A model generated the notes under the pieces. That model was not told the DNA's origin. It was given only the letters and a program-made list of their open reading frames with translations, and made no database searches. 64,000 nucleotides of DNA. It comes from an uncultured Actinomycetes bacterium. Its GTDB lineage: Bacteria; Actinomycetota; Thermoleophilia; UBA2241. The stretch covers positions 32,001-96,000 of the forward strand of contig CAVRZA010000002.1 of NCBI GenBank assembly GCA_963725665.1, read 5' to 3'. This document shows, piece by piece, positions 36,923 to 46,821 of this stretch. A program made the translations under genes and the position numbers. Numbering within the stretch: position 1 is the first letter of the stretch; every line of letters begins with the position of its first letter.

Positions 36923-39850
36923 TCAAACCTCGGTTGTATCTGCGGTGGCCTGCGGTTGTGGAGTCTGGCGCGGTTCGTCCCGACAGTCGTTCCGCGCCTC
37001 GCTCGCGGATTCCCTATACAGCAGCACAGCATGAACCCTGTCCGTGACGCCCACCTTGCCGAAGATACGATTGACGTGCGTCTTGACAGTTCCCGGAGCT
37101 AGGAAGAGCCTCTTGGCAATCTCGTCGTTGCGCATTCCCTCTGCCATCATCGACAGAATCTCACGCTCCCTCTTCGTCAGCTGGGTCAAGAACCCAGCAG
37201 GGGAATTCGCACGATCTGACTTCGACGCCATTTGTCCTGCTAGACGTCGTACGGAGGCAAAGCGACTTCTTGTCGCCTTGTGCAGAAGCACGTCCAAAGA
37301 CTGCGTTGGCATCCTGCTCCCGGCACTCTCCAGTGCAGCTGACGCGACCTCTGGGTTCACTGCGAGCGCTTTCATCATGAGTGGCAGCCCGTTGGGATGG
37401 ATTGCCACTGTGTCAAGAAGCGACCGACCCACTGAGTGGGGCAGCTTCTGGAGCAAATCGAGACAGAGGACGGGCTCGCCGCAAAGCTCCTGGCTCAGGA
37501 AGTGAACGTGGCCTCGTTCGAGTTGGCTCTCAACCACTTCTTCGAGCGATTGGATAGCCGCTTCTCGGTTTCCTCGACGCCAACTCAAAACCCCTGTGAA
37601 GAAGTCGCATTTCAGCTGTACGAATTCAAGGTTGCTTGCGCGACTCCGTGCCGCGACTGCGTGAAGATCGCGGAAGGGACGATTCGAATCCCCTTGGAGT
37701 CCACGAGTGAAATGGAGATTCGCGAGGCAAGTGAAGTGGGGATACGGAAAGCGTTCCGACACCAATTCGGATCCCCGCTTGTAGCAGGCGTGTGCTTCGT
37801 CGAGATTACCGGTGCGGCGGCAAGCCGTGCCCATGTGGGAGAGGGTTAGAGCGCGAACTAGACCGTCGTCCGCTGCTTGTGGGGCCTCGGACGCTGTCTT
37901 GACCAGCTGGTAGCCACTTTCGAAATCACCCCTACTGACCAGAACCTGGCCCAGAGAATCCAGCGTCATGTGCTCCAGATGGTGGAAGCCGCACCGAGTC
38001 AAGAGCCCAAGAGACTCGCGGATCAACTCCTCCGCCTCGCGATAGCGACCCAAATGCATCTCCATGTTGCCGAGCACGTTGAGGAATGACGCTTCCAAGA
38101 TGCGAGGGCCGTGTTCACGCAGTCGAGTAAGTGCGGAGCGTCCCTCCTCCGCGGCGCGCAGGAAGTAGCCCCGGAAGTAGTCGCAGTACGCTCGCATGCA
38201 GGCTATTCGAAGCTCTTCAGGTGCGGTCGCGTCTACCAGGGCTTCCTCCGCTTGTGACCACAGTGATTCGCACTCCGCCCACTGCGCCTCGAGCATAAGA
38301 GCTGCACCGAGGCTAATGAGGGAGTGAGCTTTCTTGGTCCCATCCGGTGCGTACTTGATGGCCCGGCGACACTCAGCGGCGGCGGCTACAGTGTCGCCTT
38401 TCCAGAACAGAGCTGATTCAATCGCAGACGCGGCGTGGTATCGGCCCCACCTGTCCCTCCTTTGGGCGAAGGAGGCTTCTGCTGAGCGGAAGATGGCGAT
38501 GGCTTCGTCGAACCTCCCGTCGCGCAGGTCGATCTGGCCGGCGAGAAGCAGTGCCCAGACGCTCCCTCGCCTCATGTCATTGGGCAGTCGAGCAAGCCAC
38601 GATCGCATGCTGTCGAGGGTCGAGTTCTCGAGGGCTAGCTCACCCGCCTTGGCAAGACAATCGAGGGCGAGCGTCGGCTCATTTGCGGACAAGTAGATCT
38701 CGACGGCGACTCCAGTGTCGCCCGCTCGTTCCATGACGCTGGCGGTCTTCAGCTGCAGGTCGTGGAACTCGCGCGCGCCGTCCTCTTGGGCGCACTTCTG
38801 GCGCAAGTAGTCGCGAAAGAGAGGATGGTAGCGGTAGGTGAGGCGCGCGGCATCCGCGAAGGTGAAGACCTGGTTCTTCTCGAGGTAGTCGAGGATGCGC
38901 TCGGCGTGGTCGCCCCCTGTGATCTCGTTGGCGAGGGCTGCCGTCACGTAGTCGAGACAGCTTGTGCGTTTCAGGAAGCCCCGCGTCTCATCACTTTCTC
39001 GCTGATAGACCTGTTCTGCGAGATACGAGAAGACGTCGCTCTTCAGTCGCGGATCTCCCAGCGCCACCTCGATGGCGGGCAGTCCGTCCCACTGCAGGGC
39101 TTTGCAGGCGAGCACCACGCTGGCTGGCCAGCCCTCCGTGAGCTCCTCGAGACGTGTCGCAGCAGCCACAGGTATCTCGACGTCTGCGCGCAACTTGAAC
39201 ACCGTCCTGATCTGTCCGGCATCGAGCCGCAGGTCTTCGTAGCGGAGCTCGGCGATGTCGTCGTCTAGCCGCAGTTTCGCGGTCGAGAACGAAGGCTCGA
39301 ACCGCGTGAGAAGGACAACGTGAACGTGGCCAGGCAGGTTGGCGAGTAGGAAATCGAGGGCTTTGTTGAGTTCACGTGAGGCCGAGGCTTCGTGGTAGTC
39401 ATCGAGGACGAGGTGAAGCGTCAGCTTCACCTCGTCCTCGAGCTCGTGGACGAACAAGGCAAGCAGTTCAGGGACGGTGATCGGCACCTCGCGCGAGTTG
39501 GAGAGGCGTTCGATGACCACCTCGCCGAAGCTTGCGACCTGTCGGCGAATCGCTTCAGTGAGCGAGGCCACTAGTACGATCGGGTCGTGATCGAGGACGT
39601 CGAGCTTGTACCAGGCCGTCGTCCAATGGAGTCGCCCGGCGGCTTCAGCGATCAGCGTACTCTTGCCGTAGCCCGCGGGCGCCGAGACGAGCAGCAACCT
39701 CCGCTGTGCTCCCTCGGCGACCTTCTCGAGTAGGCCGGCTTTGATGCTTGCCTGGCCGACGGAGGGCGGTGAGAGCTTGGAGGCGACAAGCGTGGGGCTG
39801 CCGGAGGCCGGCGAAGCGGGGGGACGCGCAGCATCTCGGGTGCCGGGCAT
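36923..39850 (-). CDS. MalT-like STAND NTPase-TPR-LuxR transcriptional regulator
   Basis: SAPAGYGKST Walker A, LVLDDYH, TEGWP, YRYHPLFRDYL, TPR-like helices, LTKREREIL..N.EIA..LFLAPGTVKTHV; extended -10 TGCTATACT at 39870-39862. Confidence 0.93.
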   Translation of the reverse strand: MPGTRDAARPPASPASGSPTLVASKLSPPSVGQASIKAGLLEKVAEGAQRRLLLVSAPAGYGKSTLIAEAAGRLHWTTAWYKLDVLDHDPIVLVASLTEAIRRQVASFGEVVIERLSNSREVPITVPELLALFVHELEDEVKLTLHLVLDDYHEASASRELNKALDFLLANLPGHVHVVLLTRFEPSFSTAKLRLDDDIAELRYEDLRLDAGQIRTVFKLRADVEIPVAAATRLEELTEGWPASVVLACKALQWDGLPAIEVALGDPRLKSDVFSYLAEQVYQRESDETRGFLKRTSCLDYVTAALANEITGGDHAERILDYLEKNQVFTFADAARLTYRYHPLFRDYLRQKCAQEDGAREFHDLQLKTASVMERAGDTGVAVEIYLSANEPTLALDCLAKAGELALENSTLDSMRSWLARLPNDMRRGSVWALLLAGQIDLRDGRFDEAIAIFRSAEASFAQRRDRWGRYHAASAIESALFWKGDTVAAAAECRRAIKYAPDGTKKAHSLISLGAALMLEAQWAECESLWSQAEEALVDATAPEELRIACMRAYCDYFRGYFLRAAEEGRSALTRLREHGPRILEASFLNVLGNMEMHLGRYREAEELIRESLGLLTRCGFHHLEHMTLDSLGQVLVSRGDFESGYQLVKTASEAPQAADDGLVRALTLSHMGTACRRTGNLDEAHACYKRGSELVSERFPYPHFTCLANLHFTRGLQGDSNRPFRDLHAVAARSRASNLEFVQLKCDFFTGVLSWRRGNREAAIQSLEEVVESQLERGHVHFLSQELCGEPVLCLDLLQKLPHSVGRSLLDTVAIHPNGLPLMMKALAVNPEVASAALESAGSRMPTQSLDVLLHKATRSRFASVRRLAGQMASKSDRANSPAGFLTQLTKREREILSMMAEGMRNDEIAKRLFLAPGTVKTHVNRIFGKVGVTDRVHAVLLYRESASEARNDCRDEPRQTPQPQATADTTEV

Positions 39851-40078
39851 AAGAGGAAGCCAGTATAGCAGCGGACCGTTGGCTGGCTTGCCGGTTCGGC
39901 GATCCCGCGGTTGACAATAGAACCTGGGTGGGAGTCACGATTCAACGCGGGCGGTCCTAGGCGGTGGAGTCGGGGCTGCGCCTGCGATCGCGTCTCCGCG
40001 CTGGCGCCGTTGTGAAGTCGGAGTAGCGTTGTCTGCTATACTCCTCGTCGTAGAAACGCCCACTACATCCGCACGACA

Positions 40079-41956
40079 GTGAGCTCCGAGGACTCTTCCG
40101 CTTCATCTCACGCCTCGTATACGCGCTACGGCACACCTCGACAGCGGGGTGGCCGCGCGTCGTCCAGGGCGCTTGTCATCGCCCTGGTCGCGATCGCTGC
40201 CGTGGTGGTCTTGTTCGTCGCGCTCGCGGGCGCCGACTACGCCCTATCGCGGGGCAAGATCCACCGCGGCGTCGCCGTCTACGGCATCGAGCTCGGAGGG
40301 CTGACGGCGCGGCAGGCGGCGGCGAAGCTGGCGACTGCCACGCCCGACGGCGCACGCGTCGTGCTGACCGACGGGGGCAAGAGCTGGACCATCGCGACGG
40401 CGGCGGTCGGCGCGCGCCTCGACGGCACGACGGCGGCGCGCGCCGCGTACGTCTACACGCGCCAGAGCGGCCTCGTGGTCGATGCTTGGCGGCGGCTGTC
40501 GTTGTGGTTCTCGGCCACCGACCTGGAGCCGGTGGTGGTCTTTGACCGCGGGAAGCTGCGCGGCGAGCTCGACAAGATCGCCGCGGCGGTCGAGGCCAAG
40601 CCGGTGGCCGCCACGGTCAAGATCAAGAAGGGCCAGCCGGTCGTGAAGGCGTCGCGCGAGGGGCTGGCGCTCGACCGCGGCGCGGTCGAGCGCCAGCTCG
40701 CAGCCGCCTTCGTCGCGGGCGGCACCCTGACCGGCAAGCTGCCCGTCTCGATCGCCAGTCCGGCCGTCTCCACCGCCGACGCGCGCGCCGCCGCCGATCA
40801 GGCCGCCGCGTTCCTCACCGGCCCGCTCACCCTCACCTACAAAGCCCGCTCCTGGGTCATCCCGGCCGATAAGCTCGCGGGCTATCTCGCCTTCGTGCCC
40901 GGCGACTCGCCCAAGCTCAGAGCGACCTTCGCCTCGCCGACGATGGAGGGGTACTTCCGCTTCATCACGGCGCAGATCGGCATACCGGCCAAGGATGCCT
41001 CCTTCAAGATCGTCGGCAACCGGGTGAGGGTCGTGCGCGGCAAGCCGGGTGTCGGCGTGGCCGAGAAGCTCACGGTACGCAACATCGAGGCCGCGGCGCA
41101 GCAGAGCGGCAGTGCTCGCACGGCGGCCCTCGTCATCGGCAAGGCCAGGCCCGAGCTCACCTACGAGAAGGCCAAGGCGCTCAAGATCACGCGCCGCATC
41201 GGCACCTACACGACGTCGGTCTCGGGGTCGTCGGGCAGGCTGCACAACGTAGGCCTCGGCGCCGCGATGCTCAGCAACGTGCTGGTCGCGCCGGGCAAGG
41301 TCTTCTCAGTCAACGCGACGACCGGCGAGCGCACGGCCGCCAAGGGCTACCAGGTGGCGCCGGTGATCATCAACGGTCAGCTCGAGGACTCGATCGGCGG
41401 CGGCATGTGCCAGGTCTCGACGACCCTCTTCAACGCCGCCTTCGAGGCCGGCCTGCAGATCGTCGAGCGCACCAACCACAGCCTCTACATCTCGCACTAC
41501 CCGCTGGGGCGCGACGCCACGGTGAGCTACGGCTCCTACGACCTGAAGTTCCGCAACGACAGCAAGAACTGGATCCTCGTGAAGTCGTTCTATACCGGCT
41601 GGTCGCTGACGTTCTCGCTTTACGGCACGCCGCTGCATCGGCGGGTGACCTCATCGGTGAGCGGCTGGTACGGCTTCCGGCCCTTCCCCACGGTCGAGAA
41701 GAAGGATCCCACGCTGGCGAAGGGCAAGAAGAAGGTCGAGACGCCGGGCGTCTCGGGGCAGAGCATCACCTGCTACCGCAAGGTCTACGACGCCAGTGGC
41801 AAGCTGCTCTGGAGCGACACCTTCGTGAGTCACTACCAGGTGGTTCCGCAGGTCGTGCTCGTGGGGACCAAGGAGAAGGCGTCGCCGTCACCCAGCGGCT
41901 CGGGCACGGCGAGCCCGAAACCGTCGCCGACGGTGACCAAGAGCCCTAAGCCCTAG
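40079..41956 (+). CDS. VanW family protein with peptidoglycan-binding repeats and G5-like tail
   Basis: N-terminal TM, GGGMCQVSTTLFNA, ERTNHS..YPLGRDATV, DLKFRN. Confidence 0.9.
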   Translation: MSSEDSSASSHASYTRYGTPRQRGGRASSRALVIALVAIAAVVVLFVALAGADYALSRGKIHRGVAVYGIELGGLTARQAAAKLATATPDGARVVLTDGGKSWTIATAAVGARLDGTTAARAAYVYTRQSGLVVDAWRRLSLWFSATDLEPVVVFDRGKLRGELDKIAAAVEAKPVAATVKIKKGQPVVKASREGLALDRGAVERQLAAAFVAGGTLTGKLPVSIASPAVSTADARAAADQAAAFLTGPLTLTYKARSWVIPADKLAGYLAFVPGDSPKLRATFASPTMEGYFRFITAQIGIPAKDASFKIVGNRVRVVRGKPGVGVAEKLTVRNIEAAAQQSGSARTAALVIGKARPELTYEKAKALKITRRIGTYTTSVSGSSGRLHNVGLGAAMLSNVLVAPGKVFSVNATTGERTAAKGYQVAPVIINGQLEDSIGGGMCQVSTTLFNAAFEAGLQIVERTNHSLYISHYPLGRDATVSYGSYDLKFRNDSKNWILVKSFYTGWSLTFSLYGTPLHRRVTSSVSGWYGFRPFPTVEKKDPTLAKGKKKVETPGVSGQSITCYRKVYDASGKLLWSDTFVSHYQVVPQVVLVGTKEKASPSPSGSGTASPKPSPTVTKSPKP

Positions 41957-42175
41957 CCGAGCGCCACGCACTGAGGCCCGGCCTCGTCGTGTTTCCGCTG
42001 ACGGCCGTCCGCGCCACCGGTGCGAGTGTCGGAGTCTCTTGCGGCGACGTCCTGCCGGTGCGCAATACCGCCTGGGAGTCTTCCTGACTATTGTTGTCAT
42101 ATTAGGTTGCTATCTAGCGGCGCGGGAATAGTAGGTCACCTTGAACCCCCGACTGGGGCCACACAGGAGGTCACG

Positions 42176-42511
42176 ATGACCACGATGCAGGAATCGGTCG
42201 AGATGGGCTGTGCCCCGGGTGCCGTTCACGAAGACCTCATCACGTACTTCTTTCGCCGGTCGATCGGGCAATACCAGGCTCCCGACACGGGTCTCCGCTG
42301 GAGTCCGGGCGACGACCTTCTACGGGACGGCGAGTTCCGCTACGACTCCATCGAAGGGGGCGGGACGAGATTGACCGCCAGCGTCGAGTTCGACGAAGGG
42401 AGGCTGCGGGCCGACGGTGGCAGCGAGGCGATGCTGCGCACGGTGCTGCGCACACACCTGTGGCACATCTCGCAGTATTGTGGGCTGCCGCCGAGGACGC
42501 CGCCTGCCTGA
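42176..42511 (+). CDS. hypothetical protein (weak SRPBCC/cyclase resemblance)
   Basis: RBS AGGAGG; 111 aa. Confidence 0.6.
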   Translation: MTTMQESVEMGCAPGAVHEDLITYFFRRSIGQYQAPDTGLRWSPGDDLLRDGEFRYDSIEGGGTRLTASVEFDEGRLRADGGSEAMLRTVLRTHLWHISQYCGLPPRTPPA

Positions 42512-42653
42512 CGGTTGCACACGCCGTTGAGCGGGCGCTATGGGCAGGGGTCAGCGGCATGCAAGGGGGGGCAGCGCCGAGGCTCGTGAGAGGCGCGGCG
42601 CTGCCCACCTGCCTGTATCTGTCGAAACGTCCCTGCGCGGCTGGGTGGCTCAG

Positions 42654-43130
42654 CTAGGCCAGCAGCGAGAGGGCCAGCTCGACGGCTTCCCGGGGGCTCG
42701 CGGCGCGATGAACGCCCTCCGCCGGGCCCGAGGCCGGCCGTATATCCCAGCTCGCGAGCAACACCACATGACGGCCGGCGGCGCGTGCCAGGGCGATCTC
42801 GGAGAGCGTGCCCCACTCGCCGCCCACGGCGATGACCACGTCGCCGCTGGCCGCCACGGCCAGGTTGCGGGCGTGACCGATGCCGGTGCAGAGCGCGAAG
42901 GTGAGGTCGGGCGAGGCGCGGCGGCGGTCGAGGTCGGGCAGCAGCCCGAGGCAGCGACCGCTGCCGCGCCTCGCCCCGCGCGCGACCGCCGCCATGACGC
43001 CGCCGTCCATGCCGCCACACACGACGACGCAACCCCGCTCGGCGAGCAGACGGCCGACCTCCTCCGCCTGGGCGGCCAGCTCCTCGCCGCAACTGGCGGC
43101 GCCGATGACGCTGACGTACGTCTCAGCCAT
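42654..43130 (-). CDS. LOG/TIGR00725 family protein
   Basis: VSVIG, VCGG..GVMAAV, TGIGHARN, GGEWGTLSEIA. Confidence 0.9.
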   Translation of the reverse strand: MAETYVSVIGAASCGEELAAQAEEVGRLLAERGCVVVCGGMDGGVMAAVARGARRGSGRCLGLLPDLDRRRASPDLTFALCTGIGHARNLAVAASGDVVIAVGGEWGTLSEIALARAAGRHVVLLASWDIRPASGPAEGVHRAASPREAVELALSLLA

Positions 43131-43674
43131 CGCCGTCCTCCTCCGTCTCACGCGGTCCGCGATCGCGGTGCAGCACCGAGGTGTACAGCCTGTAGCCGCG
43201 TCCTTCGTAGAAGCGCATCGCCTCCTCGTTGTCCGCCATGATCTCGACCAGCACGTGCTTCACACCGAGGCGCGCCAGCTCGCGGTCGACGGCGTCCATG
43301 AGCGCGCCGCCGAGGCCCCGCCGGCGCTCGCTCGGCGCCACGATCAGGGTCTGGAGCGCCGCGGCCCGCTCGCCCATGTCCCACATCGGGCTGCCCTCGC
43401 AGAGCTCGACCATCGCGTAGCCGAGCAGCCCGTCGCCGCGGCGCGCGACGACGAAAAAGGAGGCCTCCTGGGCGAGCCAGCGCACGTACTCGGCCCGTCG
43501 GCGCCGCCAGGACTCTTCGGGTGAGCGTTGGGGCAGGTCGGCGTAGACCTGCTTATGGTGTTCGAGCAGGCTCTTCCAGAGGGGTTCGAGCCGGTCGATC
43601 TCGGCGGGATCGCCTCGCGCGACGAGCCACTCCCCCGGCTGGTCGTGGGTCGGGCTGCCGTCGGCGGCGGTCAC
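43123..43674 (-). CDS. GNAT N-acetyltransferase
   Basis: VAPSERRRGLG motif A, N..AMRFYE.RGY. Confidence 0.88.
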   Translation of the reverse strand: MTAADGSPTHDQPGEWLVARGDPAEIDRLEPLWKSLLEHHKQVYADLPQRSPEESWRRRRAEYVRWLAQEASFFVVARRGDGLLGYAMVELCEGSPMWDMGERAAALQTLIVAPSERRRGLGGALMDAVDRELARLGVKHVLVEIMADNEEAMRFYEGRGYRLYTSVLHRDRGPRETEEDGDG

Positions 43675-44294
43675 TAGGCCTCCCCGTGCGAGGCCGTCTC
43701 GGGAGCCTCGTCGTCGGCGGGCTCCGCGCCAGCGGCGGGGGCGCTCAGGCGCCCATAGAGGAGGTGGTAGCCGACGCGGAATCCGCGCCGCTCGTAGAAA
43801 CGCAGCGCCTCACCGTTGACCGCGTCGACACCGATGACGAGCCCCTCGACACCCAGCCTCGCGAGCCGGCGCTCGGCCTCGGCGAGAAGCTGTGTGCCCA
43901 CGCCTCGGCCACGTTCGGCCGCTGCGACGCTCAGCGAGGTGAGCTCGACGTAGCGTCTGCCGGTCGCCCAGACGGGGTCCGGTCCGTCTTCGACGCGGAC
44001 CACGGCGTAGCCGATGGGCTCGTCGCCCCTGAGGGCGACGAGCCCGAACGAGTCTCCGCCGGAGAGCAGCTCCGCGTATTCCTTGCGGCGCATAGGCCAC
44101 GACTGCTCATGGGCGACGATCGGGACGATGTTCTCGGGTACGCGGATACGGTCCACGAGCTCACGCCAGAGCGGCTCGAGCAGGTCGAGCTGGTCCGTGG
44201 TGAGCGAGTGCAGGTGCACCCCATCAGCTGCGTGTGTTCTGCCAGGGCCCATCGTCGGCATCCTCTTCCCTTGTCTTGTGCCTTCTCCGTTCAT
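43674..44294 (-). CDS. GNAT N-acetyltransferase, paralog of neighbour
   Basis: VAAAERGRGVG, N.EALRFYERRGF; shares L.PLW..L and SW..RR.EY with 43123-43674; start may be 44261. Confidence 0.85.
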   Translation of the reverse strand: MNGEGTRQGKRMPTMGPGRTHAADGVHLHSLTTDQLDLLEPLWRELVDRIRVPENIVPIVAHEQSWPMRRKEYAELLSGGDSFGLVALRGDEPIGYAVVRVEDGPDPVWATGRRYVELTSLSVAAAERGRGVGTQLLAEAERRLARLGVEGLVIGVDAVNGEALRFYERRGFRVGYHLLYGRLSAPAAGAEPADDEAPETASHGEA

Positions 44295-46640
44295 CACGCC
44301 GGCCCCGGGGGGTCTGCTCCGCGATGCGGGCCGCTCTCCGGTCCGGTCAGGAGCTCGAGCACGCGCAGCGCCCCGCTCTTGCTCAGCGGCTCGTTCAGGT
44401 TGCCGCACTTGGGGCTCTGCACGCACGAGGGGCAACCGCTCTCGCAGGGGCACTCGGCGATCAGGAGCCGGGCGTCCGCGGCGAGCGACCCGAAGGCGTC
44501 GTACGCTCGTCGCACAAGCCCTACCCCCCCCGGGTAACCGTCGTAGATGAAGATCGTCGCCATGTCGGTCTGCCAGTGCCAGGGGGTGGAGAGGCCGCCG
44601 ATGTCCCAGCGGTCGCACATGGCGTAGAGAGGCAGGACGGCGATGGAGGCGTGCTCCGCGCCGTGGAGAGCACCGGCGACTTCGCGCTCGTCGAGATGCT
44701 CGGCGAGAAGGTCGGCCGGCAGTGCGAACCAGATCGCCTCGGTGGCGAAGACGTCCTCGGGAAGGTCGAGCGGCAGCGTCTCGAGGACCTCGTTCTCGGT
44801 CAGGGTGCGCCTCTGGTAGGCGACCACCTGCTCGGTGACCTCGAGCTGGCCGAAGATGAGGTTCACCCCTGCGGCGATGGGACGCACCAGGGCCTGGCCG
44901 GCGACGAAGACGTGCTTCTCGGTCTTCGGCTGCGTGTAGTAGGTGCCGTCGAAATCGTCGACGAGGACGGTATGCGTGTCGAGGTCGAGCTCGCGCACGA
45001 GATAGCTCTGGCCGAGGTGCAGGTAGACCGCGCCGGGGTGGGCGAAGCGAAAGACGCGCTCGCGCTCGACGGTGCCCAGAACCGTGCCCGAGCGCGTCTC
45101 GACGATGACGAACGTCTCGCTCGAGGCGCTGCGCAGCGACACACCCGCGGCCGGGAAGTGCGGCCGGCCCCAGACGATGGCGCCGCCGCGCGCGCGGCGC
45201 AGCTTGCCGCTCGCGGCAAGCTGCGCCGCGCGCGCCATACCCACCTCGCCGAAGTATTCGCTGTCGACCTCGGTCATGGGCTTCTCGTAGGCGGCCGCCT
45301 CGAGGTGGGGGTCGAGGATGTGTGGGTTGGCGAGGTCGATGATGGCCTCCTCGACCGAGCGTGAGAGGAGCCGCTCGGGCTCGCGCATGAAGTACTGGTC
45401 GAGGGCGTCCTGACCGGCCACGAGCACGTTAACGCCGTTGCCCCTGCCGTCCGGCGCGTCCCCACCGCTGGCGCAGCGAGGTGACCGTGCCGGGAAAGCC
45501 CATCACCAGCGAGAGGTCGAGGCTGCCGACGTCGATGCCGAGCTCGAGGGCGTTGGTGGCGACGACGGCGTCGAGCTCGTGGTCGAAGAGGCGGCGCTCG
45601 ATGTCGCGCCGCTGCTGCGGCGTGTAGCCGGCGCGGTAGGGCGAGACGCGCTCGGCTGCGTCGCCGTCGCGGTCTTCGAGGCGCCGGCGGGTGTAGGTGT
45701 AGATGAGCTCCGCGGCCTTGCGCGTCGGGGCGAAGCCGATGACGCGTAGGCCGCGCAGGACCGCCTCGGCGATCACGTAGCTCGACTCGGCCAGCGCGCT
45801 CGCGCGCTGGCCGAGGGCGGCGTCGAGCAGCGGCGGGTTCCAGAAGACGATCGCCTTCTCGGGCTGCGGAGAGCCGTCGTCGGTGACCTCCGTGAAGGGC
45901 AGTCCGACAAGCTTCTCGGCGAACGGTCCGGGGTTGGCGATGGTCGCCGAGGTCAGGATGAAGCGTGGGTCGGCGCCGTAGTGACGGCACAGCCGGCGCA
46001 GGCGACGCAACACCTGTGCGACGTGCGAGCCGAAGACGCCGCGGTACACGTGCGCCTCGTCGAGCACGACGAAACGCAGGTTGTGCAGGAACTCGGCCCA
46101 ACGATCATGGGCGGGGAGGATCCCGACGTGCAGCATGTCGGGGTTCGACAGGACGATCGTCGCTCGCGCGCGTATGCCCGGACGCTGCGACTGTGGTGTG
46201 TCGCCGTCGTAGATGGCCGCGACCACGCCGCGAAGCTTCAGGCTCGACAGGTGGCGAGCCTGGTCCTGGGCGAGCGCCTTGGTGGGGTAGAGGTAGAGGG
46301 CGCGGCTCGACGCGTCGTGGGCGAACGCGTCGAGGGTCGGGACCGAGAAGCAGAGCGACTTGCCGCTCGCCGTGCCAGTGGCGACAACGACGTGCTGGTC
46401 TTCGGTGAGGAGGTCGTACGCGCTGCGCTGGTGGCTGTAGAGGCGCTCCGCGCCTTGCGCCACCAGCGCAGCGCGCAACTCCTGCGCAAGTGCGTCGGGC
46501 AAAGGCGTCGTGCGAGCTCGACGAGCGGCCTGGTGGGTCACGTAGACGACCTGCTCGTGCGAGCCGTCGAAGAACAGGCTGGAGACCGCGGCGTGCGCCT
46601 CCGTCACGCCGCCGTCGGGTTCGATGGTTTCCCCGCCCAT
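44294..46640 (-). pseudogene. DEAH-box helicase with DUF1998 (MrfA/YprA/SftH-like), split by 1-nt frameshift at 45441-45444
   Basis: TGTASGKS, DEAH, SAT, QRWGRAGR in ORF 45429-46640; C-terminal CPCESGCPSCVQSPKC in ORF 44294-45427; removing one G from GGGG fuses them. Confidence 0.88.
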
Positions 46641-46773
46641 GACGGCATCCTACCCGATGATCCGACTGCGCCGGCGGGGCTGTTGGAGGAGCTGCCTCGA
46701 TCCCGCGCCGCGCGCGTGAGGAGGGGCGATCAGCGACGAGTGACGCTTGGCATGAGGAATCGCGGATGGCAGC

Positions 46774-46797
46774 AAAAGGGGCGCCCTGCGGCGCCCC
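46774..46797 (-). terminator. intrinsic terminator after CAP gene
   Basis: GGGGCGCC-N4-GGCGCCCC followed by TTTT on the minus strand. Confidence 0.65.
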
Positions 46798-46821
46798 GGT
46801 CACGCTCCCTCGGCCTGCGGC

